Below are positions 37,401-50,120 of a DNA stretch of 64,000 nt, piece by piece. The position numbers and the translations under genes are program-made. The notes under the pieces were generated by a model that saw only the letters and a list, made by a program, of their open reading frames with translations, had not been told where the DNA came from and made no database searches. Origin of the DNA: Antedon mediterranea (lineage: Eukaryota > Animalia > Echinodermata); NCBI RefSeq assembly GCF_964355755.1, contig NC_092677.1, positions 22,679,175 to 22,743,174 of the forward strand. The letters run 5' to 3'. How positions within the stretch are numbered: position 1 is the first letter of the stretch; each line of letters begins with the position of its first letter.

Positions 37401-40400
37401 CTCACTTTAGTTTGAATGTCTTGTTACACCGCTCACTCTAGTTTGAATGTCTTGTTACACCGCTCACTTTAGTTTGAATGTCTTGTTACACCGCTCACTT
37501 TAGTTTGAATGTCTTGTTACACCGCTCACTTTAGTTTGAATGTCTTGTTACACCGCTCACTTTAGTTTGAATGTCTTGTTACACCGCTCACTCTAGTTTG
37601 AATGTCTTGTTACACCGCTCACTCTAGTTTGAATGTCTTGTTACACCGCTCACTTTAGTTTGAATGTCTTGTTACACCGCTCACTTTAGTTTGAATGTCT
37701 TGTTACACCGCTCACTCTAGTTTGAATGTCTTGTTACACCGCTCACTTTAGTTTGAATGTCTTGTTACACCGCTCACTTTAGTTTGAATGTCTTGTTACA
37801 CCGCTCACTCTAGTTTGAATGTCTTGTTACACCGCTCACTTTAGTTTGAATGTCTTGTAACAAGACTAAACTAAAACAAACTAAAGTGAGCGGTGTAACA
37901 AGACATTCAAACTAAAGTGAGCGGTGTAACAAGACATTCAAACTAAAGTGAGCGGTGTAACAAGACATTCAAACTAAAGTGAGCGGTGTAACAAGACATT
38001 CAAACTAGAGTGAGCGGTGTAACAAGACATTCAGTTGTAATGTTCTTGTTGTGGTTCTTTGCAAAGTCATGCACTGTTAAAATAAGTTGACTTTCACATG
38101 AGCGTCCTTTCCTGAAGGCGTGTTGGTTTTCTGCTAGCACTTGATTTTCTTCGAGGTGTTTCATTAGGTGGCTGTCTACAATATGCTCAAGAAGCTTACA
38201 ACACACTGTGGTCAGGGATATAGGTCGATAATTTGACTGTTCAATTTTTGGCCCTTTCTTAAATAATGGAGTGACATTTGCTTTTTCCCAGTCAGATGGT
38301 AGTGAACTGGTTTCTAATGATTGGTTGAATATCTTGGTGAGGATTGGAGCGATTTTCTCCGCAGCAAGGTTTAGTGCCTTATTTGGTATCTGATCCGGCC
38401 CTAAGGCTTTTAACACTTTTATGGATTGCAGCAATTTCAAAACTCCTACATTTGAAACAGATATTTCACCAATTTCTGTGTATTGATGATAGTTTGGCAA
38501 ATCTGGTAATGGAGCATTCATGTTTTCCTTGGTGAAAACACTGCTAAACTGATTCGCGATTACGTGTTCAAGATTCAAGATTCAAGAAATTTTATTTGTC
38601 CATAAAAATGGAAATTCACTTTGCTTGGTAGATTAAAAAAACAATAAAAAACAAACATAAAAACAATATTAAAACGTGCAGTATTATAACAGATTAAAAT
38701 ACAAGATAAAAAGTTAAAAATAAAAAAACTGTTAAAGATGTAAAACTATTTAAAAATTGCATTATCGTCTTACTTACTTATTATCGTTTAATGCAATCAT
38801 TTGTAATTTTTATATTTTTTATTTTAGATTGTAAAAGGATCCCAATAGAATAATAAGCTTTTTGGGCTATCCTGGAAAATCTTTTATAAATGTAATATTT
38901 GTAATGTCCGTAATTTATGTTATCACTTTGTATGTATTTTTTATGATGATTTTCCTAATAAATTCAAATCAAATCAAATTCACAAAATGGCGACCTGATG
39001 AAAGGTTATCATGCTTTTTTTTCAAGTTTTATTATGATACAGATATATTGTAAAAATTTGAAAATCACTGAGAAAACATTTTTTTTTTAGATAATCACAA
39101 AAATCTGTATAGTAGAAGGAAATAACAATATGGAAAAAATAACATGATCCCCTATTGTTATTTTCTCCTTATTTTATAATAAGTTGCACACCAAATTAAC
39201 AAAACCCAGATCTTGTCTCATTTTTTTTTATTTTTTGACTCATTTTATTTGCAGTTCGCACTTCTCGGAACATAGTTCGGTGTGTTGAAGAACATTATGA
39301 CAGCATTGGAAAATCAGGCTATAGGATAGGAAATGCCATGTAAGTAGTGATTCTACCTATTAAATGCTTTTGCAGCAATTTATGTCTTATGACCTAGAAT
39401 TTATGTACCTAGTGTAGGTCATGTGTTAATTAGATTTTTCCTGTGTTTTCCTAAAGTTTTTCAGCTTTTGTTATGTTTAATTAAAAGTGAATACACAGGG
39501 AAAATATGGCAATATTTTCTAAAAACTCATTTCTTAAAGATCGGCCAGAAATAGTGTTTTTTTATTATTTTTCAGTTCAGGGGTTATTACTGTAGTGTAC
39601 AATATGTCGTTAAATGTGTTACACTTGGCGACGGACATGTTTTGTTTGTTGGTGAACGCGTTGGTGTAATTTCTCCCCTTTAGTAAATTATAGTGTCGAA
39701 AAATGGCGAATTTTATATACAAACTAGAAAGCCACTCCGAGAGTGCATACTGTAAAATTCTCCTACATAAGATTTCTCCGGGAAAAAATATATATATTTA
39801 TGTGTGTCTTAATGCTGTTTGTGATTTAGGCTAATTTCACTACAAGCATGTGTATGCGAGTTTGGTGTAATGGTTATTTAACAAGCCTTTCAATTAACAA
39901 TAGCTTCAGTTGACTAACAATAGAACAGCAACGCAAAAATCAAACGAGTGAATTTGAAAAGAAATAGGTTTTGTAAACTACTCGCATCAAAAAAGGTGCA
40001 CATTAAATCAAATTATGTTTTAAAATTACAAATCACCAATTTTAACTCTTGCCTCTTGATGAAAAATGAAGTTTTTTGGACAAGTAGTTCTCGAGAAAAT
40101 GCAATTTCAGTTTACTTAATACTTTCGCGTGATACTTCAAGTACACATCTTTTGTTTAATAATGACATAAATTTTTACAAGATACAAGATAACTTTAAGT
40201 TGTCAAATAGTTCATTAACGAAAAATTTGAAATTGGTATTTCTCATGGCAACTTAATATAAAACTAGAATAAAATCAGTAAAATGTTAAAACACAAAGTA
40301 AAATACACAGTACAGTAGAACCTCCATTTTACGTACGGTACGGGACCGAAAGGCATACGTAATAACAAGGGATTTGTAAAATCCAGGTTGACCTTAAATT

Positions 40401-43400
40401 GACCCCAAATACGTAGATCGTAGCTAAAAAGGCTGCCGTGTTTGCCTACAGCATGCAGGTGGTCACTAGCTTAGCTAGGCCCTTCCTAGACTAATCTAGG
40501 CCTAGCAAGATGTGAGGCCTAGAAAAGTACAGTATATACAGGCTGTACGATTTAGTTTAAATAAAGTGTTATAAATAAAAATATCAATGTTTTTGTATTT
40601 TCTATCAATAAAAACAGTCGCTGCTGTAGGGGAATGCACATAAGTTCCTCACACAGCCATGGCTTTGTGCTTAATGTAAGAAAATGATGACGCCATCGGT
40701 TATTTTAAGCGTACGTAAAATCAAGGGAACGTAAAATCAGGGTACGTAAAACAAAGGTTCTACTGTACTGTAAAATATGTACAGATGCTAGGTGTTCCTA
40801 GGTGTTCGAAAATACAATTATTTGTGTTTGTCGTCATTATAATTAAATATACATTGTGGGATTAATGATAGTCGGTACCGTGCTGTCCGTAACCTGGATG
40901 GTACTCTTAGTCTACACCCAATACGATTAAACACGAAGGATGTACAGTGTGGATGAGTATTTTTTACAAGCACTTTCAGACAGACATGAACAAGCATAAC
41001 CCCACTTAGGTTATAGGTTTATCGGTTTGAAATAAGCAGCATATTACTGTAAGTAGCTACATTTAACTATTTTTGTAAAAGCATAAATACCTATCATATT
41101 ATAACCATCACCACTTTTGTTTAGCTCTTTAGAACTTTATATTTCACTTTGCTATTGATAAGTTTTCTATTTTAGGAAACTGCAGTTCCCAAAACCATCT
41201 ACACTACATAGAGTACCATGTGTACATCACTCAGAAGCTCAACAAATGTTGTTTTATTTTATTCATGTATTTATCTTTTCTTCAGAAAGCAGCACAAAAT
41301 ATTCACTTATTCACATTTGAATTGTTTTAGTAAACCATAAATGGCTATCAGTATTTTTATAGGCTTTTATGTTTGCCAAAATGAGATTTTTTTTAAACAT
41401 ACAGCTTTGTGAATCTCATCCTTTTGAAAACTATTAACCTTCTTGAGTAAATGTTAACCTATAGATTGGTGTAGTCTGACAAACCAGTTCATCATGATTA
41501 GTCTTTCTGTAACTGAACTTTAGTCCACCAATATTTCTTATTGAGAGACACGACCATACTGTATTGAATTAAACAGATAAGGTCTATACTAAACCAATAA
41601 TTAAGACCTGGTAGTTATTAAGTTTGCTACAGTTTGGCATTTAGGAAGCTGAATGAAGGGTTCCCTTCTCTTCTTACCACTTTGTTGGTCCTGTCTGTGA
41701 CTGGTGAAATGTTTTATATTATGAAACGCAAGGCAGTAACGAAAGTTTAAAAACAGACGAGGTAAAGATGCTTTAAATATAATTATTAATATAAAATAGG
41801 AACAGTAACACAGATTGTACAAACATAATTACTGGATTCTTCTGAAACGAGAATTTTAGCAAGGTCCCAATTTAACTGTGTAAAATGGATTCTGACATAA
41901 CCAGGAAATCCGACTAATAGTCTGGCCCAATAGTGTCCAGTCTGGCCCAATAGTGTCCAGTTATGATAACTTAATAGTAGATATTTTGGCTGCTATCTGA
42001 AAGTGTTTGGTTAATTTCTTTGTCTTTGTGAAATCATTTTATATTTAATATATTTTTGTGTTTTTCTATGAAAGTGAATATCTTTATTTAAATTGCAAAT
42101 GGCTTTTTCAATAATTCCATTAATATTCAATTCATGTTTTTGGTAAAATTACATCTTTGAGAAATTGTTATTATATTTGCTAATTTGTTTGTGTACAGTA
42201 TATTGTATATCAATGCTGTATAACAATTGCTATTTTGGATAGGTGTTTATCAAAATTTATATAATCAATTTGGCTATCATACACAATTTTATACTGTACT
42301 GCATAACTTTTTTTTAGTGGTTGTGATGATTTTCTACCAATATTAAGTTATATTGTGGTGAAGACAGCTAATCCTCAAATCGTCTCAGAATGCTCTGCAA
42401 TGGAGGAGTTTATTCAGGAAGGGTAAATAGAACTTTTTATTTTTACACTATTTAATTCAACTTTATTATATTTGTCAATTAATCCTAAATTATTTTATTA
42501 TCAACCTATTTTTGTATGTATCACATGAGAAGAAATTCTAGCATTGGCTCTGTAGGAATCATGATTTAGGTGAATACCTACCTATAGACCTGCACCCACT
42601 CTAAACCTGATGGTTTAAATGCAAGGCATAGGAATGTTGATCATTGTGTCTGAACACCTTGGCTTTTAACACCATGGATTACCTTGCCTTGCGTTAGAAA
42701 ACAAACCTAACACCGTTAGTCTGAACATACCTCAAGCTACTTCCTTTTCAAGTATCTGCATTATGTTTGCTTGGGCTCAAGCCATCAGCCAAGGCTAGTG
42801 GTCTGCAAGTTGTTGGTTCAAATCCCACTACTTTCACACTCGTGGAACAGAATATGGTTTTGCTTGAAGAATTAAACGGTGCCATATTCTATTAAACGGT
42901 GCCATATTCTCTTCCATAAAATGGAACAATTCTGGTGAATGTAACTTTTTGGTTTAAAATGAAAGATAAAACAAACTTTGTTTAAAAATAGTGGAATTAA
43001 CTAATTGAAGAAAAAATAGTTTTTAAAGAAATTATTTATTTCTTTCCATCAAAAAGTACTATCTACTACAACTGCCATTGGTAACGCATATTTTTCTTCA
43101 TTTAAAATTCTTTATTATGTACAGTATTTTTTTTATTACCATACTTTTAAAATTCCAACCATATCATATTTTGAGGCGTTTTTACAGTGAGCAAATAACT
43201 GGTTCAAGTTCAATAAACATTTATTTTGAAATGGTAATTTTTTCATTACAAAGAATATTATAACATTAATAAACAATAATCAACAATTAATATAAGACCA
43301 TTTTAAGGATCATAATTAGAAGAAGTTGTCTCACAATGACCCCAACAAAATTTTAAAAAGAAGAGAAGAAAACATAACGGTACCATTAACACAGCACATA

Positions 43401-45052
43401 AAAACGCATAAAATTAATTAAAAAGTACAATGTGCAGTATATTTAGTAGTCATTTGTTTTATAACTAGATAAATAAAAGGTTTTCATATCCATTCTAAAT
43501 GAGCTTAAAGTATTTAAACGAATTACAGTAGTTGTATCGAGATTATTCCAATACGTTGGTCCTAAATAAGTAATAAAAAACTGGCTTTTTCTAAGTTTAA
43601 CAAATGGAACATACAATTTATGTGGATTTCTTATGTTATAGATCTAATATAAAAAGGTTCTGATGCAGTTTCAAATGGTTCAAACTTTAATATTCGAACA
43701 ACACGTTATTGTAAAATGAAAATTCTATGTAAATTTGAAGGGTAATCAGCTGCCCAGATAATATTGCAATATTAAAGAGAGAAAAAAAATTTTATCTTGT
43801 TTATAACACCAATGCATTGCAATATGTTTCTGATGACCAGTCCAATTTAAGTTTTCATTAATTAAAATTCCAAGATTTTTATTTTTTTGGTCCAGATTTT
43901 TACCATTTAGAATAGTGCAAATACATTTCCAACATTTTCTTGGCAGCAGAAACAAGACAAATTTCATAGTTAATTAGTGTTAAAGTAGTCACCTATATTA
44001 CCCAGTTATTGCAGTGCAAAATTGCAAAAACTGTAAAAAGTCAAAATAACCATGACATCATATTTTGACATCTCAACGGCCCATTGAGCGCATTAAATTT
44101 GGCGTAATTTTGATGTTTTAAGCCATGTTTCCTATAGCCATAACAAACTTTATCGGTTATTTTAAACAGTTATTTTGCATTACTGGATGTTGTGAGCCCC
44201 ATGAATGGAAGCAGTTGAATGCTATATTTAAATAATTTGTCTATTTGTACAAGTCAATTGTATGGATCTTATCAACTGTTTAGCAAACTACTGTATGTCT
44301 GTTACATCACCATATTCTGTATTATTTTGTCTGGAAATGTTCATAGATTGCATAATTGCAATAGTGTACAGGAATCTTGTATGTATACATTAGGCCAACT
44401 TTTGATTTAACAGAATTTTAAAGTCCCTTTCCCTACGTTTTTAAGATCTAATTTAAGGACACAAACTACATTTAATGTAAAAATAAATACTATATGGTCC
44501 TATTGAGATAACTTTTTTCGTCTTTAAATGGTTAAAAATGTGAAAAATTAGGCACTTTCAATAGGTTTAGCGGCATGCTATAAATCCCAACATGCATTGT
44601 GCGCTGATTTTGTTTTTCTTCTGTAATTCGCCCACTGATCGATTGTGAGGCCAAAACTAAATGGGAGACGCCCACAAATGTGAAAACAACCACAAATGTG
44701 AAAAAGTATAAGAATGACCTGGTTTACTGTTTTTAAAGTAATGTATATACATTATGTTTACAAAATGTCACAAATTGTAGGGAATGGATCTTTAACTTTT
44801 AACATATTCAATAAATAACTCTAATTAAATGTTTGCTAAATGGGATAGTAATGATTTTAATAACCAGTTTGACCAAAATGCTGAGGCATGCTTCTCAAGT
44901 TTGTTTTGTTTTATTAGACCTTATTGGGTGTTCATGTATTTTACCATTGAAATTTATCCTTTTATAGTTATTTGTTTGGAGAGGAAGGCTACTGCTTAAC
45001 AAGTTTACAGACTGCATTAGGCTATGTGCTACGGACATTGGTCACAATATAG
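22497..45052 (+). CDS. VPS9D1: VPS9 domain-containing protein 1-like (Rab GEF family)
   Basis: 14 phase-consistent coding exons: 22497-22604, 22937-23009, 23530-23622, 24009-24264, 24552-24663, 24868-24930, 25835-25975, 26511-26742, 27251-27994, 30738-30867, 32874-33085, 39255-39339, 42318-42422, 44968-45052 (TAG). C-terminal VPS9 motifs [50 protein letters not shown]-terminal AYLQYLRCV helix. Confidence 0.88.
24931..25834 (+). other. U12-type (minor spliceosome) GT-AG intron in VPS9D1-like gene
   Basis: The 5' splice site is GTATCCTTT. A branch-like TACCTTAC lies about 12 nt upstream of the AG, with no strong polypyrimidine tract. Flanking exons join in frame (EAA|ITKKMQER). Confidence 0.75.
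26005..26300. repeat. Degenerate dispersed repeat; second copy at about 28053-28340
   Basis: Shared ATGTATTGTC(T/C)CCAAAA...ATCAGACTT...TCACTTCC(A/G)TAG...TGTGACATT blocks. Confidence 0.6.
31730..32036 (+). mobile_element. tRNA-derived SINE, internally deleted copy
   Basis: B-box-like GGGTTCAATTCTG near 31753. The body is the reverse complement of 52140-52425. Confidence 0.55.
33624..33783. mobile_element. Small Harbinger-like MITE; related copy at 45677-45818
   Basis: TIR AGCGTGGTTCCCACTAG / CTAGTGGGAACCAAGCT. The second copy is flanked by TTA on both sides. Confidence 0.7.
35913..36435. repeat. Palindromic array of a 31-bp unit (8 forward + 8 reverse copies)
   Basis: Unit GTCTTGTTACACCGCTCACTTTAGTTTGAAT; the orientation flips at 36175. 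Confidence 0.95.
37309..38033. repeat. Second palindromic array of the same 31-bp unit (about 18 forward + 5 reverse copies)
   Basis: The orientation flips at 37859, and the junction is the reverse complement of the junction at 36151-36182. Confidence 0.95.
39722..41014 (-). mobile_element. Helentron/HINE-like element with a nested Tc1/pogo-like MITE
   Basis: Minus-strand 3' end GCACTCTCGGAGTGGCTTTCTAGTT. 5' end ATAACCTAAGTGGGGTTATG followed by GTCTGTCTG. Same architecture as 60813-61331. Confidence 0.55.
40313..40765. mobile_element. Tc1/mariner (pogo/Tigger-like) MITE
   Basis: TA|CAGTAGAACCTCCATTTTACGTAC ... GTACGTAAAACAAAGGTTCTACTG|TA. Confidence 0.8.
43260..43970 (-). mobile_element. 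Degraded L2/CR1-group LINE 3' fragment
   Basis: Residual translations [16 protein letters not shown] and [12 protein letters not shown]. Confidence 0.6.
44422..44791. mobile_element. Kolobok-like element, uninterrupted relative of 7299-8646
   Basis: TTAA|AGTCCCTTTCCCTAC ... GTAGGGAATGGATCT|TTAA, with internal blocks shared with 7299-7476 and 8520-8646. Confidence 0.75.
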
Positions 45053-48000
45053 ACACAATGTGGCAACAATAAGTAAAATAGCAGTCATTTATTTTTTAAG
45101 CCATTTTGACCGTTTCAAGAAAGAAGAAAATGGAGGGATTTATGTACACATAATTATCCACAAAAAAAGGAACTAAAAGTATAGTAAACATAAGTTTACA
45201 TTGGCAATAGAGAAATGAATGGTAAACCAGATTGTCTCACTTTTGTCTGGGTAAACATCACACTGTTGCCTACAAGACAGGTTGCTTTAACAACCTGTAT
45301 TGTACTTGTTTATGCTATGCTACATATTTGTATGCAACTAATGTATATACAGTACCACCATAAGTGTATCTGATTGTTAATATGATCTTATATTTCCAAT
45401 CTTTACTCTGCATGTCTTTTTATATCTGATAAAATGGATAAAATGTATGTAACTCGTTAATAACAATGGTTGGTGATAGTGAATAAAGCTAATGATTGAT
45501 TGTGATCGTGACTATGTTTCACTATGTGGAACCTTGTCACTCAAGTCGGTCAATATTTACACAGTATAACCTACACTTGACTACAGTGCATGTTGAATCA
45601 TTTATATTATCATCAACACATACTCAAATTATGTTGCTTTCATCTCAAATCAAATTCTAAGCTGGGATATGCTTTAAGCTTGGTTTTTTGAACCGCAATG
45701 TAACGACAACCAATTGACCAATCATAAGCAAAAATTGAGATGGTAATCATGTCGTGATTGGTCATATTACTTGTTTTGCGCTGAAGTCCTTTCATTACGT
45801 CCAATTGGAAACCAAGCTTTATAATGTGAAATAAATAAATAACCTACTGGACTATATACCTGCATTAGACGTGACACATGTGATTAACATATATTAAACA
45901 TACATGTCTATTTTGATATTTTTTTTAAACAATAATGTAAAAATAATAATATATTTATGATGATGTGATATGTAAAAATGTTGAAATTTAACACTTAGAC
46001 CTACTACACTAATGTTTATAATACTACAAAATCCAACATTTTATTTTACATTGTTTGTATTAACACTTTTTAGAATAATTGGAACATTCTTTTTAACATA
46101 ACATTTTTTTTCTATCATTAGTTAAGTTGCAATTAAAAGTTTCCTAATAGTAGTATTTAGATTAAAAATATATATATAAACTTTTCTTCATTTAAGAAAT
46201 AATACAGTACCATATTATATATTCACTGTATGTACATTTGATACATTTTTATTTCATTCAAACCAAACGTCTATTGATTGAACATATTACCAATTTAAAT
46301 TATTTGACATTTTATTGAATATAAAAAGAATATTAATTTTACAAATAAAAGTTTATGATCTAAAGATAAAAATCTTTGTGACAATATTGTGTTAACGTTT
46401 GATTATTTTTAATATTATGATACATGCATTATGAGGAATTAATAATAATATAATATATACGATCTCAATTAATTATTACTAATTAATGTATTAATACTAA
46501 TTTTGAAAAATATGTACAATATTCACAATATACTCATGGAAAAAGTGATATTATTTACAACTCGTGATACTATAACATTTATAACTTTTGTTTTTGCTCT
46601 TGGAAAAAAAAAGTGAATCGTACATGATACTAGATGGTTGATAGGAAGCCACTCAAGAATGCCCCTGGGAATCCATTTCAAATACCGGTAGTACTTTTAA
46701 AAGCTTTTGAGACTAAACTTGCGTAAACCTAACATCTGTATTTGAGTGGATGAGATCATTTTGTATGAGCAAACTTTTTATTCTTATCCCGAATTAAATT
46801 ATTATTATTATTAAGGCTCTTATGATACTTGGTGATGTACGATACACAGCAAGCCAAACTGAGAGCCTTGGCGAGAAAGAAACGATATGCAGTGAATCAT
46901 TAGAAATACAGTATAAGTCAGTCTTACAAACGATAATCACTTTAACCGATATTTAAATCCAGACAGTTAAATACAGCAGTATTAGGAAGCTATACTGAGA
47001 CACTGACATATTAAAGATTAACACGTATCTACTGGTACAGTCGTTAATATTTATTGGCCTACTGTAAGTGCATTTACCTATCATAGCGCAACATGAGTAA
47101 TCATGCACGCATAATTTCAATTCAACATTTCTGCAGATATTCAACCATTATTCAACGTTGTAGGCCTACATGATTTTTTTTTCTCACAAATTGACCAATT
47201 ACAGTTTGCTTTAAAACATTTTTCTTGTCTGGTAAAATCTCTGATGCTGCGAAATGTTTCAAAAATATATTTTTATTTAACATTTCGAGAAAAAATGCCT
47301 AAGTACAGGCCTATAGGCCTATAGACATATGAATCAAATTAAGTCTGAGACTAAACACAAAGTACAGATATTTTAAAAAATCTTTCCGCGTGACCAATTC
47401 AGTTTTTGTTTCCTTGATGGATGCAGCAAAGTGAAATAGAAAAACATCGCATTTCATAAAGATGCTCTTAAAAGTGCATTGTCAATGAAGTCTGTAATAT
47501 TAGGCAATCGAAGACCTAGTAAACTGATGAAACAGTACGATAGGCATATGCGTATATTGAAAAGTCACCTGGGTGGTTCGCTGTACATGTATCTATAACA
47601 AGAATTTGTGATTGAAGATCTCCATTTTGGTCTTCAGTCTTCTTGACATTATCATTCCCCCCGTCATATTCCCTCTTCGATGCTGTCAGTGCAGTGACGG
47701 TTCAGGGGTGTTTCTGTGTGCCGGTGGTGCTATTACCTATACCTTGCCTTGCAGACGACGTACTTTCACACATTTTTTCACTTTTTTAGCTACCCACTTA
47801 AATTGTTCTTTCTGTTGCAGATCACAATACACACATGGAAGATTGAAATTGTATTTATTTAATTTAATTTCCCTCGGTAATCAATCTACAATCTTGTACA
47901 CCATCAAATCGACCCGTACTGTTTTACCGTGACATACTTCTTGTTAATTTGCTCTATTCTTTTATATATTTTTAAATAATGATAAACCTTCGAAAATGCA

Positions 48001-49228
48001 CATTATGTTTCTAAATTTTGTAGCTCAATGTTGGATTTTTTTTTTCTTCTGTAGGCCTAATTCCATTGGTTTTTTTCAGCTGTTGACACACAGAATAAAG
48101 ACCAGTTCAGTAAAGTAAACGTATTTTGTGATTGCAGCTTCAAAATGACACGTTACAGAAGTTGTTGTGTCATTTGATTTATAACATATTTTATGAATTT
48201 AAACATGGTATGAATTGTGAACACTTGTTGTCATGGGCAAATACCTTGAGTAGCTCTTCCGATATGCCTTTCAAGGGTCTCTTCCGCTTTCACACTTGAT
48301 TACGGTAGCAGACATAAGCAAGCAGCTGAAAAATGAAAAAAGGGATTGTCTGAATTTTGTTGTTAAACAGATCTAAAAAATAGTGTATGATACAACATCA
48401 GCTATTTCAAATAAATGTAATAATGATTTTAATCGGTAATATCCTATCGTGCATCGAGTAGAAATATCGTAATTTTACCATATTTTCATCACTTTTTTTA
48501 TCATACCAAATTAAAGACCACTTTGGGGATCGAGATTTTAGTGGTCTTAAGACTTAAGTAGCTTTTAATTAGAATTCCCCGACCAGACCGACACTTATAA
48601 AGTGGTATTTAAATTACCCTATTTAGAGGGAAATTAAATGTCAAAATTGTTATCCCGCTGAAAAGGAGTACAGTATAACTATCACCAGGTTGGTGTGTCT
48701 GTCCTTTTGTCCATTGCGTGCGTGTCTTTAATTTGAGGGAAAATTTGAAGAAAAAATGTTCAGGAACACAAACCGTGGTCTTTGGTCTCTAATTAGAGGG
48801 AGTCTTTAATAGGAGGGAGCAGCTAATGTGATGATTGAGAATGAAACTGTTTCTACAATTTCTGGATGAGGCGGGTAAATTAAATAAGTGGTGCATGAAA
48901 GACCCTTTCCAAACGATTCAAGAAAAGGTCTGACATAGACGGGGACATAGATAGTTCATAGTTCATCAGACTAAACATCATTTATTTGTAGGCTTTTCAA
49001 AAGGTGAAGTTTTTTTTCTTTGCTAAAACAAACTTGAATAATGCCGGGCACTTATTAGGATCAAGGGTAGGTGAAAGTAGAACACCATTCATTAAATCTA
49101 TTTTTGTAAAAGTGAAGGTCAATAACATACTCAAGAACACGTAAGCCTACTTACTACACTACAAGAGCCTTTTGCAGGTCATTTTAAAGTATCATTTAAA
49201 ATCATAATTTAAAATCGCATGTAATCTT

Positions 49229-50120
49229 CCCCTCACCCTCTACTCTCAATCAATGCACCCCTTACCCTCTACCCTCTCTCAATTCACCCCTCACCCTCTA
49301 TACTCTCTCCATTCACCCCTCACCCTCTACCCTCTCTCAATGCACCCCCATCATAATATACTCTCTCAATTCACCCCTTATCCTCTATACTCTCTCAATG
49401 CACGCTTCACCCTCTACCCTCTCTCGATGCACCCCTTATCCTCTATACTCTCTCAATGCACTCCTTATCCTCTGCTCTCTCAATTCACGCTTCACCTTCT
49501 ACCCTCTCTCGATGCACCCCTCACCCTCTATACTCTCTCAATTCACCCTTTTCCTCTATATACTCTCTCAATGCACGCTTCACCCTCTACTCTCTCTCAA
49601 TGCACCTCTCATCCTCTAATTCTCTGAATGCCCCACCATCTATACTCTCTCAATGCACCCCTCACCCTCTACCCTCTCTCGATGCACCCCTCATCCTCTA
49701 TACTATACTCAATTTATCCCTTATCATCTATACTCTCTCAATTCACGCTTCACCCTCTATCCTCTCTCGATACACCCCTCATCCTCTATACTCTCTCAAT
49801 GCCCCACCATCTACACTCTCTCAATGCACCCTCACCCTCTACCCTCTCTCAATACACCCCTCATCCTCCATACTCTCTCAATGCACCCTTCCCCCTCTAC
49901 CCTCTCTTGATGCACCCCTCACCCTCTACCCTCACTCAATGCACCCCTCACCCTCTACTCTCTCACAATGCACCCTCATCCTCTACCCTCTCTCTCTCTC
50001 CCTCAATTCACCCCTCACCATCTATATTCTCTCAATGGACGCATCACCCTCTAATCTCTCTCCCCCTCAATGCACCCCTCACACTCTAGTCTCTTGATGC
50101 ACCCCTCATCCTCTACCCTT
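49229..50120. repeat. Pyrimidine-rich minisatellite, unit about 29-30 bp
   Basis: Variants of CACCCTCTACCCTCTCTCAATGCACCCCT with strong C/T strand skew. Confidence 0.92.

Larger units (their letters stand above)
35020..38570 (-). mobile_element. CR1/L2-group non-LTR retrotransposon remnant (RT region), rearranged
   Basis: Translations include [56 protein letters not shown]...DLDHL...[31 protein letters not shown] and YQQSFFPR. The central RT motifs are missing and the 5' part is present twice. Confidence 0.9.

Noticed and set aside
35913-38033. 31-bp repeats as a CRISPR array
   Set aside because: Units are directly adjacent with no unique spacers, there are no cas genes, and the context is a eukaryotic intron.
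36402-38578. Two 192-aa ORFs as functional RT genes
   Set aside because: They are truncated duplicates lacking the catalytic motifs and ending in repeat-derived sequence.
42790-42835. tRNA gene (GGTTCAAATCCC); similar B-box-like motifs near 5780, 31753 and 50590
   Set aside because: No complete cloverleaf; consistent with decayed SINE heads.
49253-50097. Several overlapping Pro/Ser/Leu-rich ORFs
   Set aside because: They are by-products of a stop-poor minisatellite.
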